A stretch of DNA of 64,000 nucleotides, taken from assembly GCA_037138335.1 (NCBI GenBank), contig JBAXIO010000014.1, positions 2,393 through 66,392 on the forward strand, given 5' to 3'. A model generated the notes under the pieces. It ran no database searches and was not told where the DNA came from. It saw nothing but the letters and a program-made list of their open reading frames with translations. A program made the position numbers and the translations under genes. The DNA is from Bacteroidota bacterium. Lineage in GTDB: Bacteria > Bacteroidota > Bacteroidia > Bacteroidales > FEN-979. The number at the start of each line of letters is the position of its first letter. Positions within the stretch are counted from its first letter, which is position 1. This document shows, piece by piece, positions 46,179 to 53,545 of the stretch.

Positions 46179-46211
46179 GCATTTCAAACCCTGGACCAGG
46201 GTTTGAAATGC
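46179..46211. promoter_or_regulatory. Perfect 33-nt palindrome (16-bp arms) between the promoter and tRNA-Gln
   Basis: GCATTTCAAACCCTGG-A-CCAGGGTTTGAAATGC, read directly. It ends 5 nt before the tRNA. Confidence 0.9.
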
Positions 46212-46215
46212 AGAT

Positions 46216-46286
46216 TGTCCCGTGGTGTAATGGCAGCACTAGAGATTTTGGTTCTCTTGGTCTAGGTTCGAATCCTGGCGGGACAA
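46216..46286 (+). tRNA. tRNA-Gln (anticodon TTG)
   Basis: Manual cloverleaf: acceptor TGTCCCG/CGGGACA; D arm GTGT-aatggca-GCAC; anticodon arm AGAGA-ttTTGgt-TCTCT; T arm CTAGG-ttcgaat-CCTGG; discriminator A. CCA is not encoded. Confidence 0.9.
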
Positions 46287-46301
46287 CAAGAACAAATAGC
46301 A

Positions 46302-46338
46302 AAAGACAGTTAATCAATGTATTGGCTGTCTTTTTTTT
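46302..46338 (+). terminator. Probable terminator after tRNA-Gln
   Basis: AAAGACAG...CTGTCTTT forms a stem around a 16-nt loop and runs into T8. Confidence 0.5.
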
Positions 46339-46566
46339 ATTTACTGGTGCAATCAGGGTTAAAAATGAGGCTGCTAAATTTACAAGCACTCTTCATCGAA
46401 AGTATCTCATTCATTTCTACTGATTAAGAATTCTAACAAATTCCTGGTTGTATTTCGTTTTTTCTTTTTACCTGGTTCACAAGACTCGACCAGACAGCCG
46501 AAATTAAAAATAATCATACGCTTGCAACCTTTCCAGAAATACCTGGGTCTATATGGGGAAACTGCT

Positions 46567-46779
46567 ATGATGAAAGCTCCCTTCCATATTCTGATCCTGG
46601 ATGATCAGGAGACCTTCCTGCTATACAAGTCCATTGTAGAATCCATCCAATATAATGAAATCGAATTTGAAAACACAAAGGACCCTTTGGTGTTTGAAGA
46701 AATTAAACAACTGCGACAGCTAACAAGAAAAGTGTTTTTATTGATGAATCGGGGCTCAACGACAAACGTGGCCAATTGA
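46567..46779 (+). CDS. Small hypothetical ORF with a receiver-domain-like N-terminus (possible gene fragment)
   Basis: MMKAPFHILILDDQETFLLYKSIV resembles the beta1-DD start of response-regulator receivers. The ORF is too short (70 aa) and lacks a recognisable phospho-acceptor region. Confidence 0.2.
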   Translation: MMKAPFHILILDDQETFLLYKSIVESIQYNEIEFENTKDPLVFEEIKQLRQLTRKVFLLMNRGSTTNVAN

Positions 46780-46924
46780 GCTCAAAATGAAATCAGGTTA
46801 TACTGCAATTCTCCCTTAAACCGGGAATTCCTGATATAACCGCATATTAAATAAATCGAAGGGACTCGCCGCATAAATTAAAAGTGACTAATTTTGAATG
46901 GCCTGAAAAACACTGACGCTTACA

Positions 46925-47029
46925 ATGTATGATGTATTAACAGCCATTGCCATTATTGTTGGAATAGTCGGTGCCATACATATGATTACCACTTACTGGA
47001 AATTTCCCGGGAGAAGAAAAAAGTCGTAA
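46925..47029 (+). CDS. 34-aa hydrophobic small ORF with a basic tail (hypothetical)
   Basis: Hand translation: MYDVLTAIAIIVGIVGAIHMITTYWKFPGRRKKS. It has one TM-length helix and a C-terminal RRKK. There is no homology evidence. Confidence 0.2.
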   Translation: MYDVLTAIAIIVGIVGAIHMITTYWKFPGRRKKS

Positions 47030-47145
47030 TGAGATTTAGGCCAAATTAGGATTGATTAGTCACCTCATAAATGAGGGTGCTGCACTTTGTTCCTTAATTG
47101 CAGAGCAGGTTACAATCAATTCCTAATATGAATTTATGCTCCATA

Positions 47146-48495
47146 TTAATAAATATAAATCTCTTTGAAGCTGACCCAGGATGGTGATTTTGTGACGGTT
47201 ATTTTAATCTGCCTTATGCCGTTTAAATCAATAAAAGTTGCTGAATTAGTCTGGCCATTTTTAGCATAAAAGGATTCACTCTTTGTAGAAACCAGATTTC
47301 CATATTCATTGTAAAAACTGAAATCCATGCTCACCTGTCCTTCCGGTGACATATTATTGAACCAGATTATTTTTGAAATGCTATGAGAACCATTTAATGT
47401 CAATTTAATCCATTGAGGCGCAAAACCACCCGCAATCCACTCTGTTTCAACATTTCCATCCACTGCATTTTCGCATTTCTTTTCTGGCTTGTATTGCTGG
47501 CTGCAGGAGCATTCTGTAATTTTTAGCGGACCTTGATTACCTGCCTGCTTATTTTCAGTTGGACTAGCAGAAACGCCTGAAATAATGTTTCTCAATTCAG
47601 TATAAATTAAGTCAGGTTCTACCATTCCTAATCGGTCCCATTTAATTACCCCATTCCCATCGCAGATCATGATTATAGGAACTGAGCTAAAATTAAATTT
47701 TAAGATATTATTAAAGTTTTGACAACCTGGATCCCATAAATTTACAAAGGGCCACTGGAAGGATCTAATACTTGTTCGAGTTGCCTGTAATTCATTTTCC
47801 TTATCAGCACAAATTGTAATTACCTTAACATTAGTTTGTGTCTTCCAGTTACCATATTGTGCAGAGATTTTATTCAGCATTTTTGGACCGAAACACCCCA
47901 TATAAGTTATTACAATAAAAGGGTTGCCATTATTCATCACCTGAGAAGTAGTAAAATTGTTTCCATCAATGTCATGAATAGAAATCGCTGGAAATTTAAG
48001 ATCTTTTAGGCATCCGTTAGAATATCCTTTTACCTCACAAATTTCCGTAAATGATAATTTTTTCATGGATTGATAGTCGACGATATAGTAACTATCATTA
48101 CTATATTCTAATAAACAAAGCGTAACAAAATAATCCCCGGTTTTAAGAGAAGGAAGGTCATGCCATTCCTCATCATCAAATATATCATCAATATCTTTAT
48201 TTCTCTTGACCGCCCAGTATTCATGTGGTCCCAATGGATTGTAATCTTTTTCATACAACACTATTCCGGAGGGCCGCACATTATTTGGATCAGTAGATGC
48301 TTTTATTTTTACTTTTAATTTACCTGTGCGGTGGTTTGAAGGATTGTTTATTTTCCCAAGAGTAACCATAATCGTCTTTCCCTCCACTTTATAATTCCAA
48401 TCTCCACTCAAAGTTGGACTTTGTGCGGAAATGGTTTTATGAATTGCAATAGAAGATAGAAAAAGGATGAGAATTAACGTTGTTTTGCTTTTCAT
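47146..48495 (-). CDS. Secreted multidomain protein: N-terminal beta domain + TlpA/thioredoxin-like fold with a degenerate active site + C-terminal discoidin (F5/8 type C)-like domain
   Basis: A signal peptide is present. The middle region has a TlpA-like layout (FPAISIHDIDGNNFT...PFIVITYMGCFGPKM...VKVITICAD...VPIIMICDGNGVI) with CFGP in place of CxxC. The C-terminal region reads ENAVDGNVETEWIAGGFAPQWIKLTL. Confidence 0.5.
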   Translation of the reverse strand: MKSKTTLILILFLSSIAIHKTISAQSPTLSGDWNYKVEGKTIMVTLGKINNPSNHRTGKLKVKIKASTDPNNVRPSGIVLYEKDYNPLGPHEYWAVKRNKDIDDIFDDEEWHDLPSLKTGDYFVTLCLLEYSNDSYYIVDYQSMKKLSFTEICEVKGYSNGCLKDLKFPAISIHDIDGNNFTTSQVMNNGNPFIVITYMGCFGPKMLNKISAQYGNWKTQTNVKVITICADKENELQATRTSIRSFQWPFVNLWDPGCQNFNNILKFNFSSVPIIMICDGNGVIKWDRLGMVEPDLIYTELRNIISGVSASPTENKQAGNQGPLKITECSCSQQYKPEKKCENAVDGNVETEWIAGGFAPQWIKLTLNGSHSISKIIWFNNMSPEGQVSMDFSFYNEYGNLVSTKSESFYAKNGQTNSATFIDLNGIRQIKITVTKSPSWVSFKEIYIY

Positions 48496-48707
48496 AAAGA
48501 CATATGTTAAGTGATTAATACTGTTATATAGGCCAGGTCAGATTATTAATGAAAGAACCCAATTATTGACTTTTGTAAAGTGAAGGCAAATACCAATCAT
48601 CTTGTTTAGGGGAGTCTTCCTATGGAACTACCCCAACATTCTTCGTATGCACATCTTTAATGAGCACTATGTATATCAAATCCATTAATTGAGTGTTGTG
48701 CAGTATC

Positions 48708-49226
48708 CTAGTTCTTCCCATTAAGTTCTTCCGTAGTCTTTGCTCCATACCCCCGGAAAATCTTATCATACTTCTGTAGTAATTCAAGGTCAGGCTTGGA
48801 TTGTTCTTTTTTTAGCTCCTGTTGAATCCAGTCCATAATGGTCAGGCCGTCGAGGGGGTCTTTTACATTCATATCGAGGTGATAAACCTTAACCATTGTT
48901 CTCAAACCCATTTCAAAATCCCGCATTACAATAGATTTCAGTAAGCCCCCGTCAGGTACCTGATAAATATCACCGTCAGTACAGGAAATTTTACTGTAGT
49001 TGTCCTTCCACCACTTCTGAAATACTTCATCTCTGTTTGGATCTGTATACTTTATACCAGCCACTTTAAACATTAATGAAAAGACAGCATAGTTCTCTGG
49101 TCCTTTAGCAGGAGCATGTTCCCTGCAATATGCACACATGTCCTCTGTGCGAGGAATAGTATTAATTTGCGCCCTGGAAGTAATTGTCAGAAAAAGCAGA
49201 CATTCAATGATTGCGATCGTTTTCAT
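48708..49226 (-). CDS. Secreted hypothetical protein (172 aa)
   Basis: The signal peptide is MKTIAIIECLLFLTITSRAQ. I recognise no family. Confidence 0.45.
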   Translation of the reverse strand: MKTIAIIECLLFLTITSRAQINTIPRTEDMCAYCREHAPAKGPENYAVFSLMFKVAGIKYTDPNRDEVFQKWWKDNYSKISCTDGDIYQVPDGGLLKSIVMRDFEMGLRTMVKVYHLDMNVKDPLDGLTIMDWIQQELKKEQSKPDLELLQKYDKIFRGYGAKTTEELNGKN

Positions 49227-49361
49227 AATTAGTCTTTAATACACCTTACACTAAATCCTGTTTTCTCATCACTAAAATTGTTACTCTGTTGCAAGAATTA
49301 TTCCTGCAACGGATAGCATGAATAAGAAAATGGTCTTTTTCATAAAGAGTTTTTTTATTAG

Positions 49362-49955
49362 TTAATTATTTCTCAAACAGCGAACACTTATTTGATACCC
49401 TGATTCTCCAGAAGAATCATTATCCCTATCCACTGTAATATCATTATAAACAATACCTCGATCCAAGGCATTGTCCTCATCAGCCTTTGTGGAACTCCAC
49501 CAATAGGCTTCTTTGCCATAGCCACCAGACATGGGATATGCTCGAAAACCAGCCGGCAGAGCAGTAAAACCAGTTTCATTGGTTGCGCCTGTATTTGGGT
49601 CTTGCCAATGGGTTGTTCCTGTTTCTTTCAGTTTGCCTCCGGCGACTTTCTCCCCTCCCAAATAGTTTGTCAACATTGTCCATTCAGCATCAGCAGGTAA
49701 ATGCCATCCTGAAGGACAGGCTTTAAGTGCTTCTTCATAAGAGTATAAACAGCCATAAGATTCGATTTTAAAGGATATTGTACTTTCAGAAAATTTATAC
49801 CTAAGGTTTTCAGCCATCCAAACCTGGATGCCGATTTTTACTGTTTTGTAAGACTTACCATCTCTCGAATCAATGAATGAACCAGTAGTCTGCCCTACTG
49901 AAATAAATGCAATCATGAAAAAGATAATTACATTAAATAGTGAGCTGTGCTTCAT
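49362..49955 (-). CDS. FISUMP-domain protein (Fibrobacter succinogenes major paralogous domain)
   Basis: GSFIDSRDGKSYKTVKIGIQVWMAENL..., CPSGWHLPADAEW, GFRA and a terminal ...SVRCLRN are typical of this family. Confidence 0.7.
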   Translation of the reverse strand: MKHSSLFNVIIFFMIAFISVGQTTGSFIDSRDGKSYKTVKIGIQVWMAENLRYKFSESTISFKIESYGCLYSYEEALKACPSGWHLPADAEWTMLTNYLGGEKVAGGKLKETGTTHWQDPNTGATNETGFTALPAGFRAYPMSGGYGKEAYWWSSTKADEDNALDRGIVYNDITVDRDNDSSGESGYQISVRCLRNN

Positions 49956-50350
49956 AACGATACTTATATTAGGTTGTTTAATGTTATTACATTATCCCGG
50001 ATCAATTGTTAATTAAATAACAAATATAATAACAAATAAAAAACTAACAACAACCAAACAAATATTTTCAACTGCCAGACCTTAAGGCTTCCGACGAAGA
50101 ATATTAAGGAAAATTACTCTCCTTTCTTTCCTATTAATAAAGAAAAGAAGAGACGATTACCATTACAAAAATCAGCTTCCAGCAAAGATTTAATACTGGT
50201 ACTTAAGAATGATTCATAATAATTCTTCTGCAGTATTCAGCCATATTTAACCCTATTCATTTTACTAACAATTAAGTTCGGGGTTTATCCCATAAAAATG
50301 ATCTGAAAAAAAATTTGATCCGGCCCTGATTTAAATTACCTGATTTATAT

Positions 50351-50358
50351 TATCTTTG
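50351..50358 (+). promoter_or_regulatory. Bacteroidota -7 promoter box (TAtcTTTG) with an unusually long downstream leader
   Basis: TATCTTTG lies about 180 nt upstream of the signal-peptide ATG at 50539. Confidence 0.4.
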
Positions 50359-50538
50359 TGAATATGATCACTTTCCCCTGTTTCTAACAACAGGGGTCGG
50401 GGCGGGTGGTTGACTTATGTAATTAAATTTTATCACACCCGTAAATTCCCCGCCTCTGAGGGACAGAACACGGGTCCAGGGTTCAGACCTGGGTATTATA
50501 TCAGGTTAGTTGGTTTTATAACCTTTAAACATAATATT

Positions 50539-52434
50539 ATGGATAATAGGATTTTTACACCAGTCAAATTGATTTTGCTATGCCTGATGACCTGCTCAGG
50601 CATTTTCATTTGTGCACAGCCTGTGGCGGGCCCTGCCGCGAATTTCGGGAAAGATCCTTCCATCCCCTCAGTAAGGACCCTGCTTGCCAGCGATACCGGC
50701 CGTGCCTGGCTGAACATAAACAACATCAATGCCCTGTTCTATGCAAGGGGCAGCCATTTCTTTGATCAAAATGCCGCCTTCGAAGTTCCTAAGGGCAGCG
50801 GGAAAACTTCAGCCTTTTCCAACACCATGTGGATAGGCGGAAAAGACAGTCGGGGTGTACTGCATTTTGCAGGGGAACGTTACCGCCAGGGACCGAATAC
50901 GGGACCAGCTGGTTCCTGTCCCGATTTCTACTGCGGTCCGGTGGCCGATTCTATTTACTATTCAGCACGCCAGGACTCGATATGGAGCTATGTATGGAAC
51001 CTGAAGAAAACCGATATAGAATATCATAAGGCACATTATGCTGATCCGGGTTATCAACCTCTTCACGATATCGTCACCTGGCCCGGGAACGGGAATACGG
51101 CCATGGGACAGGCATCACAGCTGGCTCCTTTTTATGATGTGAACGGCGACGGAATTTACAGCCCCATGGATGGCGACTATCCCCTGATCAGGGGAGACCA
51201 GGCATTGTTCTTCATTTTCAACGATGACAGGGGGCCCCACCTTGAAACCGCGGGAAACAAACTCGGAGTGGAATTCCATGGAATGGCCTACGCCTGGAAC
51301 ATGCCAAATGACTCGGCTTTCAATAACACCATCTTCCTGAACTACCAGATCTTCAACCGTTCCCAGAACACATACGACAGTGTATACCTTGGGTTTTTCA
51401 CCGATATCGACCTCGGTTATCCCAACGATGATTATGTTGGTTGCGATGTGGCAAGGAACATGCATATAGGATATAACGGAACGCCTGTCGACGGGTTCGG
51501 GGAACCCTATGCGTACGGTGCAAATCCACCATCTCTTGGCGTTGTAATACTTGCCGGGCCCTATATGGATCCCGACGGTATCGACAATCCCAAATATGAC
51601 AGCTACGGACACAGGCTTTGCGATTACAGCGTGAACGGGCAGTTTTTCGGTGATTCCATTGTCGACAACGAACGGCTGGGGATGTGCCGGTTTGTTTATA
51701 TGAACAACTCGGGGGTCCCTTCGTACATGACCGATCCCAAATACGCCAGCCAATATTACAGTTACATGAAGGGACTCTGGCTCGACGGAACTCCCTTTTT
51801 ATACGGCGGAAACGGAAATACAAGCACCGGCGCATACGGGCCTGCATGCAGGTTCATGTTCCCCGGGGAATCCGACTCCCTGAACTGGGGAACAGGAGGC
51901 ATCCCGCCTTACGGTCCAAAGAACTGGACCGATTCCACAGCCGGTAATAATCCATTCGACCGCAGGGGAGTGCAGTTCTCTGGCCCTTTTACTTTCCATG
52001 CGGGAGCTGTACAGGAAATTGACCTTTCGTTCAACTGGGCCAGGGATTATAATTCAAAAAGCGCCTTGGGTTCGGTTTCAAAGCTGAGAGATATGACCGA
52101 TTTAGTGACCCGGGCCTTTCTCACAAATACCCTTCCCTCAGGTGGCACATTCACCGGCATCCCTCAGTTAACCGGCCATGAAAACACAGGCCTGAATATT
52201 TATCCCAACCCGGCCAGGGACAAGATCAACATTGAGCTGATGAACAGGGATGCAAACCAGACTGAAACCATTGAACTGCTTAATATGAGAGGACAGCTGC
52301 TTAAATCCCTTACCATGGGCAGCTCACTTAATACAATTGCAATCGATATCTCCGATGTTCCCGGAGGGATCTGTTTTGTTCGCGTCAAAACCAGCAGCAG
52401 CGTAATTACCAGGAAAATTGTGATCCTGAAGTAA
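50539..52434 (+). CDS. T9SS-sorted secreted protein of unknown function
   Basis: The start is taken at MDNRIFTPVKLILLCLMTCSGIFICAQ (signal peptide). Track ORF 50410 begins at an upstream TTG. The C-terminal CTD reads LNIYPNPARDKINIEL...GICFVRVKTSSSVITRKIVILK. Confidence 0.7.
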   Translation: MDNRIFTPVKLILLCLMTCSGIFICAQPVAGPAANFGKDPSIPSVRTLLASDTGRAWLNINNINALFYARGSHFFDQNAAFEVPKGSGKTSAFSNTMWIGGKDSRGVLHFAGERYRQGPNTGPAGSCPDFYCGPVADSIYYSARQDSIWSYVWNLKKTDIEYHKAHYADPGYQPLHDIVTWPGNGNTAMGQASQLAPFYDVNGDGIYSPMDGDYPLIRGDQALFFIFNDDRGPHLETAGNKLGVEFHGMAYAWNMPNDSAFNNTIFLNYQIFNRSQNTYDSVYLGFFTDIDLGYPNDDYVGCDVARNMHIGYNGTPVDGFGEPYAYGANPPSLGVVILAGPYMDPDGIDNPKYDSYGHRLCDYSVNGQFFGDSIVDNERLGMCRFVYMNNSGVPSYMTDPKYASQYYSYMKGLWLDGTPFLYGGNGNTSTGAYGPACRFMFPGESDSLNWGTGGIPPYGPKNWTDSTAGNNPFDRRGVQFSGPFTFHAGAVQEIDLSFNWARDYNSKSALGSVSKLRDMTDLVTRAFLTNTLPSGGTFTGIPQLTGHENTGLNIYPNPARDKINIELMNRDANQTETIELLNMRGQLLKSLTMGSSLNTIAIDISDVPGGICFVRVKTSSSVITRKIVILK

Positions 52435-52565
52435 TCCTCATTTTTTCAGGCGCTGGGGGATTGTGAATTTAACAGTAGCCGCAAGGTTCGCCAAAGTCGA
52501 AATTTTTTACTAAAAAAAGTTTCTACTGAATTAATCAGGAGTATGGTAATACTAAATCAAAAATT

Positions 52566-53543
52566 ATGAAAAATAAGCGCAGCCTGATTCATCAAATGTT
52601 CTCCGGCGTTTTTTTGCTCCTATGCACAGGAGCCTTTATGTTCCATGGCTGCAAACAAAATGCACCCGTTTTACGTGTGGCTACAACCGTATGGCCGGGT
52701 TATGAGATACTTTATCTTGCAAAAAGCCTTGGATATTTTGATGAATCGGCTATCAGGCTGATCGAAGTACCTTCAACCAGCCAGGTAACGAGAAACCTGA
52801 GGAACGGGACCCTCGAAGCTGGCTGTATGACACTGGATGAATCATTGACTTTGCTTCAGGACCAAGTTGACCTTCGCGTAATCCTCGTAATGGATGAATC
52901 CTCCGGTGGGGATGTGCTTATGGCAAAACCCGATATCGAAAACCTCCAGGGGTTAAGGGGTAAGCGGATCGGTATCGAAAATTCAACCGTGAGTGCAGTG
53001 CTGCTCGATGCAGCACTCCTCGAAGCCGGACTGCAGGCCGGCGATATAACCCAGGTCCCGATGTCGGTTGATCAGGATTATCAAGAATACCTGGCAGGCA
53101 GGGTCGATGCGGTTGCAACATATGAGCCGGTTCGGAGCCAGCTTCTGAAGGAAGGGGCAAAAATTCTGTTCAGCAGCAAACAGATACCCGGAAGGATCAT
53201 CGATATTCTTGTTGTACGGGCTGATGTCATCGATACCTATTCGAATTCGTTAACCGCTTTGCTCAATGGTTACTTTAAAGCGTTCAGCTACTTTGAGAAA
53301 CATCCCACCGAATCGGCAGTGCTAATGAAAAAAAGGCTGGGAGAGGACCCTTTAACACAATTCGACGGATTACATATTCCGAACCTGGCCGAAAACAACA
53401 TGTATCTTTCAGGCGGGCAGCCGGCGCTTTACAAATCGGCAGGATTTATAATGGATCTTATGCTTAAGCGTAAACTCCTTCAGAAACCTTGTGTGTATAC
53501 GAAACTTGCCGACCCAAGATTTCTTCCTGTTATCAATAACTGA
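52566..53543 (+). CDS. Periplasmic solute-binding protein, NMT1/SsuA/TauA (NitT/TauT) family, with no transporter partners nearby
   Basis: A signal peptide is followed by LRVATTVWPGYEILYLAKSLGYFDE..., GKRIGIENSTVS and GRVDAVATYEP, the typical type-2 SBP layout of this family. Confidence 0.65.
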   Translation: MKNKRSLIHQMFSGVFLLLCTGAFMFHGCKQNAPVLRVATTVWPGYEILYLAKSLGYFDESAIRLIEVPSTSQVTRNLRNGTLEAGCMTLDESLTLLQDQVDLRVILVMDESSGGDVLMAKPDIENLQGLRGKRIGIENSTVSAVLLDAALLEAGLQAGDITQVPMSVDQDYQEYLAGRVDAVATYEPVRSQLLKEGAKILFSSKQIPGRIIDILVVRADVIDTYSNSLTALLNGYFKAFSYFEKHPTESAVLMKKRLGEDPLTQFDGLHIPNLAENNMYLSGGQPALYKSAGFIMDLMLKRKLLQKPCVYTKLADPRFLPVINN

Positions 53544-53545
53544 AC

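Larger units (their letters stand above)
46287..50350. other. AT-richer accessory segment adjacent to tRNA-Gln (no mobility genes seen)
   Basis: The base composition is visibly AT-richer than both flanks (judged by eye, not computed). It contains long non-coding stretches plus three genes for secreted proteins of patchy-looking families. Confidence 0.5.

Noticed and set aside
46165-46423. Track ORFs 46165..46389(-) and 46208..46423(+).
   Set aside because: Both overlap the tRNA-Gln gene and its palindrome and terminator, so they are artefacts of the ORF caller.
50476-50492. A T-arm-like element, CCAGG-gttcaga-CCTGG, at the far end of the AT-rich segment, considered as a possible attR copy of the tRNA-Gln 3' end (CTAGG-ttcgaat-CCTGG).
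   Set aside because: The similarity is only loose and gapped, with no match to the acceptor 3' strand (CGGGACA). No integrase is present. It cannot be distinguished from chance by eye.
50410-50538. An upstream TTG start for the T9SS cargo gene, as drawn in the ORF track.
   Set aside because: The 43 extra residues (MTYVIKFYHTRKFPASEGQ...) are hydrophilic and would bury the clear signal peptide that begins at ATG 50539. I treat this region as leader RNA instead.
51115-51847. Minus-strand ORFs of 212 and 149 aa inside the 50539..52434 gene.
   Set aside because: They are antisense to a gene with both a signal peptide and a T9SS CTD. Their products are Arg/Val/His-rich with no motifs.
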